Shown here in pieces: positions 7,832 through 16,333 of a DNA stretch of 39,414 bases (its first letter is position 1; every line of letters starts with the position of its first letter). Source of the DNA: a virus; IMG/VR virus record IMGVR_UViG_3300026557_000001; one strand, 5' to 3'. Under the pieces are notes generated by a model. That model was not told where the DNA came from. It saw nothing but the letters and a program-made list of their open reading frames with translations, and did not search any database. The translations under genes were made by a program, and so were the position numbers.

Positions 7832-9803
7832 GAGCCGCTAGTCCCGCCGTTTCATCCCGCTTTACGACGGATTTCAATACCGCGAGTTGCCCTTGCGCCG
7901 CAGCTTTCTGGTCGATGGAATCCAGATCCGCCTGGTGCTTGACGCCGGTTTGCAGAACTTTCCCCATGGCCGCCTGCATGGCTTGATTCTTCTGTTGCAT
8001 GCGCTGCAGATCTTCTGCCGTCAATGGATGGAAGTATTGTGATTCCGTTCCGAGCCCCGACAGCTCGAACAAGTCCTCCGTCCATTGCGCATAATCAAAC
8101 TTTGTGCCCTGTACCTGGAGCGAATCCTGCACCGCCTCGTTGGCCAGGAATTGCATGAAGATGGGAGCGAGCTGCAAGGCCGCCTGTTTCGCTGTGAGTT
8201 TCGTTCCGCCGATGATTTCAATGTCATAATCCGCGTTGTAGACATCCAGTACGTTTCCCGCGTAGGCTTTGCCGTCCTCCCGGCTGAGGATCTGGTCGAT
8301 TTCCTCGGACTGCAAGTTCTCGTGGCAGTGAATCAGGAACGTTTCAAGGACCGGGATGAAAACCAGTTCGAGAAATTGCTCGATGAAGTATTGCAGGCGC
8401 TGGGTGATGTCACCTTGGAACGCCTGCACTCCCGAGCCTGTTCGGAGGGCCTGCGTGGGCATCTGCGTGCCGCCTTCGGCGCCGATTCTGCGGTAAGCTC
8501 GTTGCTGGCTGGCTTCCATCGCCGCGAGCGCGGTCTGCTGCACATCCTGGACTACAAGTGGTTCAAGTTTCGTTTCGACGGTCGTAACTTTACCGGGAGC
8601 GATGACGATATTCTGCCCCGAACTGGCCAGGCCCTTGACCATCTGGAAACTGGGATTCAACACTAGCGCCAATCCATCGACGGAAGTATTTAGTACCCCC
8701 TGCTGAAAACGTTGCTCGCCGTTCAGAAGGGCCGGAACGCCGAAGCCGAACATGGAATTCAGCACATCGATGAATGCGCAGCCATGCACGCCGAGTTTTC
8801 CGGTCTTGTTGTCCTCGTTGCGGATAACGATCAGCCGCTGCAGCACGGTGATGACGCGCTGCCGGGTGCGGTATTCCACCAGCTCCAGCGGCCCCATGAG
8901 CGGGTCTTTGCTGATGGGAAGTTTATCGTCCTGCGCCTGGTATTCCCGCGTCTGGTTGGGCTTCAGCGGCTGCATGGAATCCTTGGCGATTTCCTGCTTG
9001 CCCGCCAGGATCTTTGCCAGTTCCTCGCGCGTCGGAATGTTCTTGTAGGTGTCGTCGTCGCGCATGTCGTCGAGGTCATACGCGGTGATTTGAATGCGTT
9101 TCGCTATCCAGCGGCCGGAATTAGGGTCTTGGTTCGGACAGCCAGGATCGAAAATGATGTTTCTAAGATTTCCATTTTCATACGTCGGCTTCTGAATGGT
9201 TTTCGCGGGCAGCGTTTTATCCCGCGAGATTTTTCCGGTATCGTCCTTGATGTATTTGCGCTGCTCGATTTCGTCGATTTCCCAGCCATCGAATCCGCAT
9301 CCGAAACCGTAAGAAAGAATGGTCTTGAGCGTCAGCCGCGACCCTTCCTTGTAGTTCGATACTTTCACGGCCCAACGCAAAAGATTCTGGTTGGCTTCCG
9401 CCGCCGCCGGAGAGGTATTTCCCTTGGCGGTGACTTGGTAGGGGTCTTTCCCGCTGCCCCACAAGGACAGGTAAATCACCGGCATCAGCTTTTCGATGGC
9501 TTCGAGGCACACCGGGACGGAAAGAGCGGAGCGGGCTTTATCGCTATTCGGCCACGGACGGACACGAACATAACCGCGGATGAGGTCGTCGGCAGTCTCT
9601 AGACGGGTGATGAAGTTCTTGGCCTGCTCGAAAGCAATCCCGGCGTCGATGTCGGCAAGAACGATTCCGAGAGCCGTAATATCGTCCCACGGGTCGGTGA
9701 ACTGCGTTTCCTCGGCAGTTACCGGCTGCCTAGCTTCGGATTCAGAAATTGCTTGTTCGAGAGTTTCTAAGCCGGCCACATTAGCACGCGAAATCCGATC
9801 CAA
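7800..9803 (-). CDS. Portal protein
   Basis: 667-aa ORF directly after the large terminase and before the scaffold. Size and order match podovirus head-to-tail connector proteins. An alternative start, GTG 9779, sits just after the terminase stop. Confidence 0.8.
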   Translation of the reverse strand: MDRISRANVAGLETLEQAISESEARQPVTAEETQFTDPWDDITALGIVLADIDAGIAFEQAKNFITRLETADDLIRGYVRVRPWPNSDKARSALSVPVCLEAIEKLMPVIYLSLWGSGKDPYQVTAKGNTSPAAAEANQNLLRWAVKVSNYKEGSRLTLKTILSYGFGCGFDGWEIDEIEQRKYIKDDTGKISRDKTLPAKTIQKPTYENGNLRNIIFDPGCPNQDPNSGRWIAKRIQITAYDLDDMRDDDTYKNIPTREELAKILAGKQEIAKDSMQPLKPNQTREYQAQDDKLPISKDPLMGPLELVEYRTRQRVITVLQRLIVIRNEDNKTGKLGVHGCAFIDVLNSMFGFGVPALLNGEQRFQQGVLNTSVDGLALVLNPSFQMVKGLASSGQNIVIAPGKVTTVETKLEPLVVQDVQQTALAAMEASQQRAYRRIGAEGGTQMPTQALRTGSGVQAFQGDITQRLQYFIEQFLELVFIPVLETFLIHCHENLQSEEIDQILSREDGKAYAGNVLDVYNADYDIEIIGGTKLTAKQAALQLAPIFMQFLANEAVQDSLQVQGTKFDYAQWTEDLFELSGLGTESQYFHPLTAEDLQRMQQKNQAMQAAMGKVLQTGVKHQADLDSIDQKAAAQGQLAVLKSVVKRDETAGLAALEGGTGGVSQ

Positions 9804-11484
9804 GAGTCTGCTGGTCCGTCACGATTTCTTCAGGTTGTGGACTGACTGGCAACATGGGCTCTTGGTTGAAAATCTGTACCATGTCCTTCTGTCTTTTGAT
9901 GATTCCTTGCTCATCCACGTCGTAGACATCATGCGGACCAGCGTGGATTTGTTTTGGCGCGATATTTAGATAGCGAACGGCATAGACGCCGCACATCAGA
10001 GCCACGGTATCGGGGTAATCGTCCAACTGATGTTTCATAGTGGCCTGGAACTGCACCGTTTGTTTCACCAGTTTTGACCAGTAGGAAAGACCCACGAAGA
10101 ATTTCAGACGGCCCCCTTTGATGTGCCCGGCATAGGCTTTGATGCGCGTGGCTTTGGCGCCCTTGCGGTTGTCCAGCTTGATGTAGTCGAGCGGGAGATT
10201 CAGCCCTGAATCCCTGACTGCCATGCGCAGGTATTCCACGAAATATTTCGCGGAAGCGGTTTCTTCGATCAGTATTTTTGCCGGACGAACTTTCAGGGCA
10301 TATCCGATGACCATCGCGCCAAGTTGCGGGATCGACCATTTGTCGCCCGCTCCGCCGACCGCGTACATGACGCCTTGAGCGTCCGTTTTCCCTTCGATGA
10401 TGACGGAATCGTTGGGCTCGTATTCCCCTTCCGCAGCCAAGTCGATAAACAGGATGGAAGCGCTCAGTGGCGGAGCCTGGTGAGGGAGAATGGTGGCCTT
10501 GAGCATGTCCTCTTCGGTGATGATTTGCTGGCTCTCCAGCATCGGCTTATTGAGATACTGGCTGGCATAGACGCTGGGGCTGTCGTTCTTGATTTGCCAG
10601 AGAATCTCCGGGCTGAAGCCGTGGGAGTTCCCGTCCTTGCCGATGTACTGCGGGAACCGCGGAATCCCGGCGGGCTCGTTGTCGTCTTTCCAGGCCGTGG
10701 TGATGCTCACCGTCCATTGCGCATGAGCGGGACCGGAAACCCGCTTGGTGCGCTCCACGATGACATCGTACAAATCCCCAAAAGCGTAGCGCGTGCCGGA
10801 AACGAACCGCGGGCATCCAGGGTCGATGAGCGGGAAGCACATATCGAAGTCGTCCTGCACCTTTTTGAGCATGGCCCGCGAGCGGTAGTTCTGGTCGTTC
10901 ACCAAGTCATCGAAGATGCCCAGCTTGAAGTGCTGTCCGGTCTTGATGGTCTTGGGACTGGCCACCGTGACGGTAGCCTGCGGAATCTGCAAGCGCTGCC
11001 GGGCCGGAGTCACGAAGAAATTCCGCGTCAACCGCAAATCCGCCTTGGTAGAATGCCCCGATGGGCGCCCTTTCTTCCCCGTCTTGTGACAAAACTCCGG
11101 GAAGATTTCAATCAACCGGCTGCCTTGGGCATCGCCGAGGAAATGCGAAGCAATTTCTTTCAGTCGTTCCTGAGTGTTCTTGATGTTGCCCTGCATGATG
11201 AGGATGGTGATGTCCGGGAAGACCAGAATGGCTTGAATCGTCAGCACCACCATGACCGCGGTGGTCTTGAAATGCCCGCGCGCCCAGAGAATCAATACGT
11301 CGCGCTGCTCGAACTGCCAGGGCTGGCCTTCGATGAATGGCGGATACTGGTCGAAAAGCGGTTGATGCGTTTCCGGCCGGAAGTCGTAGCCAAGGATTTC
11401 GTTGGCCAGGTACATGCGGTCGGTTTTGGCGCGCGCTCTTTCCTCGGCATACTTTTGTGGCGCGCGTATGATCCGCTCAGTCAT
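9781..11484 (-). CDS. terL: Terminase large subunit
   Basis: 567 aa. Walker A-like WARGHFKTT, Walker B-like KLGIFDDLV, and a C-terminal nuclease-type region (ILFIDLAAEG). Located immediately upstream of the portal. Confidence 0.9.
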   Translation of the reverse strand: MTERIIRAPQKYAEERARAKTDRMYLANEILGYDFRPETHQPLFDQYPPFIEGQPWQFEQRDVLILWARGHFKTTAVMVVLTIQAILVFPDITILIMQGNIKNTQERLKEIASHFLGDAQGSRLIEIFPEFCHKTGKKGRPSGHSTKADLRLTRNFFVTPARQRLQIPQATVTVASPKTIKTGQHFKLGIFDDLVNDQNYRSRAMLKKVQDDFDMCFPLIDPGCPRFVSGTRYAFGDLYDVIVERTKRVSGPAHAQWTVSITTAWKDDNEPAGIPRFPQYIGKDGNSHGFSPEILWQIKNDSPSVYASQYLNKPMLESQQIITEEDMLKATILPHQAPPLSASILFIDLAAEGEYEPNDSVIIEGKTDAQGVMYAVGGAGDKWSIPQLGAMVIGYALKVRPAKILIEETASAKYFVEYLRMAVRDSGLNLPLDYIKLDNRKGAKATRIKAYAGHIKGGRLKFFVGLSYWSKLVKQTVQFQATMKHQLDDYPDTVALMCGVYAVRYLNIAPKQIHAGPHDVYDVDEQGIIKRQKDMVQIFNQEPMLPVSPQPEEIVTDQQTLGSDFAC

Positions 11485-11739
11485 CTAGATTTCGGTGATG
11501 TCCGGCCAGCTTCCCTTTTCCGTGCGGTCGAGGCGGGCGTTGTCGGCGTCTTGATTTTCCATTTTGATACGGCGCATGGTTTTGGCCGTTTGCGCTCCGT
11601 CTACATATTCTTTGATGTCGGCTTTGTGGCCTTGCACGGCATTGAGATCGGTGCAGTCGTAGTCGTTTAGACCTTCGCCTTGCATGCCTTGTTTCTGCGT
11701 GGCGCGAAGTTCGCTGACGCTCGGGAGTATTTGGGACAT
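11485..11739 (-). CDS. Hypothetical protein (positional candidate for the small terminase subunit)
   Basis: 84 aa; its stop abuts the terL ATG (TAGATG). No motif recognised. Confidence 0.45.
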   Translation of the reverse strand: MSQILPSVSELRATQKQGMQGEGLNDYDCTDLNAVQGHKADIKEYVDGAQTAKTMRRIKMENQDADNARLDRTEKGSWPDITEI

Positions 11740-11942
11740 CAGCGCTGCCCCATCACCTTGGTAGGTATTTCGTGGGCGGCGAGGTTGTGATGGTCTTTTT
11801 TATCCATCGTGCCGTCGTGCTCGCCGTCGTTCAGGTGGTTATTCAGCGTGCCTTCATAAGCCCCTTTCTTCCTTCCTTTGGCGACTACATGCGTGCCTGG
11901 AATATTGCTGCTCGGAGTGAAGATTTTGCTTTTGCCTGTCAT
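11739..11942 (-). CDS. Hypothetical His-rich small protein
   Basis: 67 aa; ATG preceded by TAAGGAGAAAACC. Confidence 0.6.
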   Translation of the reverse strand: MTGKSKIFTPSSNIPGTHVVAKGRKKGAYEGTLNNHLNDGEHDGTMDKKDHHNLAAHEIPTKVMGQR

Positions 11943-11952
11943 GGTTTTCTCC

Positions 11953-12297
11953 TTATCTTTCGATGTACTGCGTGGTTACGTTAAATCCTGAAGCATTCAC
12001 CGAAGCCGTAATAGTCCAAGCCTTGTTGGGAAGAGATTGCGCCAGCGGTGTATCGAAAGTAATTACGAATGGCGCTCCGGGAGGCAATGTCGTGGAGTTC
12101 GGATAGTTGAAGATAGCGACCGTCTTATTGCCGTCGCTAATTGTTAGCGTCGCTAAGGCGGCATTTATTGTTGTAATAGTCAGCGAAGCGATATCGCGGT
12201 AAACAGAGGCATTGCCGCTGGCCGGGAGAATAGTTACCGCTCCCGTTCCCGCTACGGCAGCCTGCACCGCTTGAGCATATTGTGCGCCTATCAGCAT
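11953..12297 (-). CDS. Hypothetical beta-rich protein (114 aa)
   Basis: ORF with a TAATG overlap to the upstream gene. Composition looks like an Ig or beta-sandwich fold. Confidence 0.55.
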   Translation of the reverse strand: MLIGAQYAQAVQAAVAGTGAVTILPASGNASVYRDIASLTITTINAALATLTISDGNKTVAIFNYPNSTTLPPGAPFVITFDTPLAQSLPNKAWTITASVNASGFNVTTQYIER

Positions 12298-12497
12298 TAT
12301 TTCTTCCCCATCGCCGTAAAGCCTTTTGCCGAAGCGGCCATTCTTCGCACGGCGGGCTTGCTGCTTTTCAAAGCGGAGCTGATTTTCGCTTGGCCGAGTT
12401 TCTGGCCCGCGGGAACTCCGAGGGCCCGGTGCAGCGCTCCGGGACGTACCTTGAAGCTGCCTTTTTTGCCCAGTGAAACGGTTTTCGTTTTAGCCAT
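12297..12497 (-). CDS. Small basic protein
   Basis: 66 aa, MAKTKTVSLGKKGSFKVRPGALHRALGVPAG... Overlaps the methyltransferase stop by 8 nt. Confidence 0.55.
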   Translation of the reverse strand: MAKTKTVSLGKKGSFKVRPGALHRALGVPAGQKLGQAKISSALKSSKPAVRRMAASAKGFTAMGKK

Positions 12498-13095
12498 GAT
12501 GAATTACTTCTCCTCGAATCAAGATTGCATGTCCGGGGTCTTTTGAATTTTGCCAGTGCCTGATTTCCGTGTGCGGGATCTCCAGCCAGGGGCCGGGGAT
12601 ACTCACATCTTCGATGATGTAGAGGCCGTGCGGAACGAGCAGGCGCGAGAGAATGCGGAAAGTGAGCAGTTGGTCTTCCGGCTTGTGGCTGCCGTCATCC
12701 ACGATCAAATCGAACTTTCCGCCGAGTGCCAGCGATGGCATTACATTTTCGAGCGATTGTTCGGATGATTGGTCTGCTTGCCAAGTGAAGATACGTTCTT
12801 CCGATATGCCGAGAACAGCGGACAGGTCCTTGTCCAAACCGTATATTTCCGCACTGGGAAAATAATCTTTCCACATTCGCAGACTGGCGCCAGGTTTGTA
12901 TTCGGGTACGTGCGACATTGTTTCGAGTGTACCGATGCCGATTTCGAGAACTTTCAAAACTTTTTCACGGCGGTCGCGGAACAGTAAATCGTAAAACGGC
13001 GTATAGACGCCTAATTTATCCGTTCCGTGATGCTCCGCGAGACGGCAGAGATCGGTCAGGCCGCTTGCAACTGAAAGCTGTTCTTGAGTTCCCAA
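12490..13095 (-). CDS. Class I SAM-dependent methyltransferase (sugar O-methyltransferase-like)
   Basis: 201 aa. HGTDK...YTPFYDLLF; motif I VLEIGIG; SLRMWKDYFPSAEIYGLDKD; LIVDDGSH. The start is TTG only. Confidence 0.7.
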   Translation of the reverse strand: MGTQEQLSVASGLTDLCRLAEHHGTDKLGVYTPFYDLLFRDRREKVLKVLEIGIGTLETMSHVPEYKPGASLRMWKDYFPSAEIYGLDKDLSAVLGISEERIFTWQADQSSEQSLENVMPSLALGGKFDLIVDDGSHKPEDQLLTFRILSRLLVPHGLYIIEDVSIPGPWLEIPHTEIRHWQNSKDPGHAILIRGEVIHHG

Positions 13096-14441
13096 AGTTT
13101 TCTCATCTGCGAGGGAAATACGGCGTGCATGGTTACAATCTCTTCGGTGATTTTACTGGCGTCGAAAGAAAGGCCATCCCCGAAAAAGAAATGCGCGGAG
13201 AAGCCCGGCCTGTGGTTCTGCAAATTGACGGGCAGGATATTGTGCTCGGCGAGGACGCGCGAGACGTGAACGTCTTCGGCGTAAGGGTGCCGCCAGCCTT
13301 CGCCCTTGCTTGCGATAATCGCCGCAGCATGTGCGGACAGGAAATATCCCGGCCCGCCGGAACAAACGTTGGCGTGCAAGAATCCCGCGTAGTCGAAAGC
13401 CGTCTCCATCATTTCGACTAACAGCTTTTCGGCATAGACCCATGTATCCGTGTCCGCTTTGAAAATATATTCATACCCGTTGGCGGCGGCGTACTTGCAT
13501 ACACCAACCGATTTGTCGATGAGGTTGCCGTAACCATCCTTGCAGTCGAGGAAGACTTCATCGTGGAGAGGATGCCGGGGATAACCATCGGCGGGCTTTC
13601 CATAGAAGAACCTGACATCAACATTTCGGAAGGGTTTGAAGTCGGATACCCAGGTTTCCCGGCACGCTTGCGTCTGATCGTTAGGTCCATTTAGGTGCAT
13701 GTCCTTTCCGAAGGCTGCGTTTCCTTTTTGCTCCCATGTGGTTTCGTAGTCGAATCGAAAACAAGTCGGCACGGCAATGAGAATCTTCGGGAGTGGCGGC
13801 AGTTCTTCGACTGAGCGTGAACGATTGCCCCCAATGTGCGTAACGACCGGACGGCCAAGGTCAGCGATTCTAAATCCTTGATCCAGCAGGGACTTGGAGA
13901 GGATTTGCTCATGTTCGAGTCCTTTGAGGCCGACTGAAGCTAGAACTTGTGGCAGTAACTTGAGCAGCGTGTCACGACGCCGTAGCCCGGGGTTCCAGCT
14001 CCAGCCGCCCCAAACTCCCCGCCAGTACGGTTCGGCAATCCACAACTCACCAGACCTGACGAGCGGATGCCAGCCGGACGGGCCGCGGAGAGACACCATG
14101 ACGACTTCGGGATGGGCGTCGAGAATCAACTTGGACTCGCGCATGAACGGGTTGATCTGGTTCTGCCACAGCCAGTCTTCCTCGCTCCAGAAGACGTAAT
14201 CGTGTTTGGCTTCCTGGATGAGCCGGGCGACGGCAAAGCACTGACCCATGCGTGTCTTGCCGCTTATCCACCGGAGATTCCGTGTGCGCCACATATCCCC
14301 AGCGAGGAACTCCGGCTTCTCACCAGGCCCATCCTCGTAAATGATAACTTCCTGGGGCTCCTGGTCAACGACAGCGTAGAAACTTTTGAGGGAGGCTTCT
14401 AGCAGGTCATTGCGCCCGCAAGCGGTGATGAGCATACTCAC
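13056..14441 (-). CDS. Two-domain glycosyltransferase (N-terminal GT-A/GT2-like, C-terminal Fringe/GT31-like)
   Basis: 461 aa. N-terminal half: LITACGRNDLLEASLKSF...EVIIYEDGPG...SEEDW. C-terminal half: YIFKADTDTWVY (DxD), GGPGYFLSAHAA, AEDVHVSRVL. No hydrophobic helix is visible. Confidence 0.65.
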   Translation of the reverse strand: MSMLITACGRNDLLEASLKSFYAVVDQEPQEVIIYEDGPGEKPEFLAGDMWRTRNLRWISGKTRMGQCFAVARLIQEAKHDYVFWSEEDWLWQNQINPFMRESKLILDAHPEVVMVSLRGPSGWHPLVRSGELWIAEPYWRGVWGGWSWNPGLRRRDTLLKLLPQVLASVGLKGLEHEQILSKSLLDQGFRIADLGRPVVTHIGGNRSRSVEELPPLPKILIAVPTCFRFDYETTWEQKGNAAFGKDMHLNGPNDQTQACRETWVSDFKPFRNVDVRFFYGKPADGYPRHPLHDEVFLDCKDGYGNLIDKSVGVCKYAAANGYEYIFKADTDTWVYAEKLLVEMMETAFDYAGFLHANVCSGGPGYFLSAHAAAIIASKGEGWRHPYAEDVHVSRVLAEHNILPVNLQNHRPGFSAHFFFGDGLSFDASKITEEIVTMHAVFPSQMRKLWELKNSFQLQAA

Positions 14442-14448
14442 GTTGGTA

Positions 14449-15174
14449 TTAGGAATGGAGCACCCAGGTATTGCTGTTCGGATGGGGAACTTCTTCGCCT
14501 TGATAGAGCCTCTTCACGGCTCCAAAATCCTGCCAGGTATTTAGCGGATCACCCCACCAGAACGGGTGGAGCTCAACGAGCACGGTAGGCTTGCGCTCGC
14601 GGAAGAACTCCACGTCCCGCAACACTTCCTCTTCCATCCCTTCGATGTCCATCTTGATAAACAGAGGATCTGGAAACATCTTGGCCAGACCGCGGAGCGC
14701 CACCTTCGAGCAAGTGAACGTCTCGGCCGACCGCGGATCCTCGCCGGGAAAGCCCATCGGAAAAGCCTTCCTGGTAGTCGAAGCCCCCAGGCAGGAAGAT
14801 CCCATCTCGATGGCTCCCGCCTCGTCCGACACCGCATCGGGGATGACGTGAGTCGCTGGCCGGGGGTTGAGAAGAGCCAGATTGTCCATCAGGATGCCGC
14901 GCGCTACCGGGTCCGGCTCCACGCACACCACCGTCTTAACAGTGCCAGCGGCGTACAGACTGTGCGCCCCTACCCAGGCTCCCAAGTCGATAAACGTATG
15001 CTCCGGCTTCAGCCATCGGTCATAGACCGCCCACTCGGAATCATAGCGGCCTTCGGCCACCCACCGCCAGTAATCCTGCGGCGCTTCCACCACCGAGACC
15101 TCGCGCCCGTGGATCCTCACCGCGGTCTGGTTCTCCGCATCTCGCTCCACGCAATCAGGAAGCACACCGCGCAA
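14449..15174 (-). CDS. FkbM-family methyltransferase
   Basis: 241 aa. FIDLGAWVGAHSLYAA...VVCVEPDP...IKMDIEGMEEEVL matches the Methyltransf_21 pattern. The start (TTG 15174) is uncertain. Confidence 0.75.
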   Translation of the reverse strand: MRGVLPDCVERDAENQTAVRIHGREVSVVEAPQDYWRWVAEGRYDSEWAVYDRWLKPEHTFIDLGAWVGAHSLYAAGTVKTVVCVEPDPVARGILMDNLALLNPRPATHVIPDAVSDEAGAIEMGSSCLGASTTRKAFPMGFPGEDPRSAETFTCSKVALRGLAKMFPDPLFIKMDIEGMEEEVLRDVEFFRERKPTVLVELHPFWWGDPLNTWQDFGAVKRLYQGEEVPHPNSNTWVLHS

Positions 15175-15210
15175 TACCCCATCACTCCGCCAATCAGTAG
15201 ATCAAGCATT

Positions 15211-15405
15211 TCAATACCTCTCCGCAGGACAGCCATTCCTTGCAGGCAGCCGGAATGTCGCATAATCGATCGGCGCACCCGGGAGGCTATCCAAAGTCTT
15301 TCTCTTTGTCTGGCAACTCTTGCAGTTGCAGAATTGCCACACGGAATCCGCTGTGTGAATCTCGAACGGCTTAAATGTTTCCGCTTGCCGCGCTATCATG
15401 TCCAT
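15211..15405 (-). CDS. Hypothetical Cys-rich small protein
   Basis: 64 aa with CNCKSC. ATG follows the upstream TGA directly. Confidence 0.5.
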   Translation of the reverse strand: MDMIARQAETFKPFEIHTADSVWQFCNCKSCQTKRKTLDSLPGAPIDYATFRLPARNGCPAERY

Positions 15406-15702
15406 TCATGCCTCCGGTATGGTTCCACCGCAGTCGATACAGAATTCCCCGGTCTTCTTCCAGTGACGGCACCATCTGATCTGTGAATGGCTGACAGATG
15501 CCTCTGCCGCCGATTTACCGGAATCGGGTTCACGTGCGCCCTCAACACGCCCAGGATTCGAACCTGGCACATTCACCTTCGAAGAGTTCTTCCGCTCCTT
15601 GTTCCAGTACGGCGTCCTGCACTTCGCACACCGCTTGACCCGCGTCCTTCGCGACGGCCACTTGTACCCGCACCGTAAGCAATGTAAGACCTGTAGGTAC
15701 AT
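15406..15702 (-). CDS. Zinc-ribbon protein (CLRCGYKW...CAKCRTPYW) whose middle is encoded by a tRNA-like fragment
   Basis: 98-aa ORF with an N-terminal CxxC-x13-CxxC ribbon and a C-terminal C..H...CIDC. The central PGSNPGRVEG is encoded by the T-arm-like sequence. Confidence 0.5.
   Translation of the reverse strand: MYLQVLHCLRCGYKWPSRRTRVKRCAKCRTPYWNKERKNSSKVNVPGSNPGRVEGAREPDSGKSAAEASVSHSQIRWCRHWKKTGEFCIDCGGTIPEA
15543..15584 (-). other. tRNA 3'-half-like fragment (anticodon-loop-like, T arm, acceptor 3' strand); not a complete tRNA
   Basis: The minus strand reads cttcgaa-ggtga-atgtg-CCAGG-TTCGAAT-CCTGG-gcgtgtt-g. The T stem-loop is canonical, but no matching 5' acceptor strand or D arm lies upstream. 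Confidence 0.45.
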
Positions 15703-16084
15703 CTCAGCAAATAGATACCATGAAATGAGATGCCTGGCAATAGGCCAAGTGGTTCAAACTTCGTGTGGTGAGCTAGCCCTGCCAGCCGCATAAAACTCCC
15801 TGGGGGCCTCCCCGGCACCCTTTGAGATTCCAGAAGGCATCCTTTCCGCCACAGACTGTGGTAAACGTTCCACGTGGGACTATGTCGTGTGACGACTGAG
15901 TCTGATAAAAGCTAAAACGTAAACTAGGAATCTCGTGTAACTCCAATGTTATCAATGAATATCATCCGGTCTTCGCTTTTCGTTCTGGCGAACGATGGCG
16001 AAAGACGAAATGATTTCGCTATTCTGATTGGAACCTTTTGTTACATCGGCATTAGCCATTTTGTTGTAAAAAAACCACGCGACC

Positions 16085-16333
16085 TTAGCCGCTTTTAACA
16101 ACTTGCAGGACCAGTGGGCCATGATCACCGCTTTGTTTTGGCTGCCAAGTCACTTTGACGTTGCGATCTGGGCCAAGAATCAATCGTTTGCTGCTGATCC
16201 ATTTGTGAGGGTTTGCTATTGCGAGTGCTATAGCTTGCTCGGGTGGGACGTAGAAGCTGGAATCGCTTACGGGGTTGTAAATCTCGATTTTGGCGATAGC
16301 TAGCCTGATCTGAAACTTCGGCGCCGCAAACAG
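16085..16333 (-). CDS. Possible CDS without a canonical start (83-codon open frame, CTG near its 5' end); may be a pseudogene
   Basis: The frame ...RLAIAKIEIYNPVSDSSFYVPPEQAIALAIANPHKWISSKRLILGPDRNVKVTWQPKQSGDHGPLVLQVVKSG looks protein-like. It has no usable ATG, GTG or TTG near its 5' end. Its stop is followed by gtggttttttt. It competes with the antisense track ORF 16103..16303 (+). Confidence 0.3.
   Translation of the reverse strand: MFAAPKFQIRLAIAKIEIYNPVSDSSFYVPPEQAIALAIANPHKWISSKRLILGPDRNVKVTWQPKQSGDHGPLVLQVVKSG

Noticed and set aside
15530-15640. Complete tRNA gene around the perfect T arm CCAGGTTCGAATCCTGG
   Set aside because: I tried 4- and 5-nt variable loops. No anticodon stem pairs, no D arm is present, and the 7 nt found 48 nt upstream (ACGCCGT) do not pair with the acceptor 3' strand GCGTGTT. 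Only a 3'-half-like fragment can be supported.
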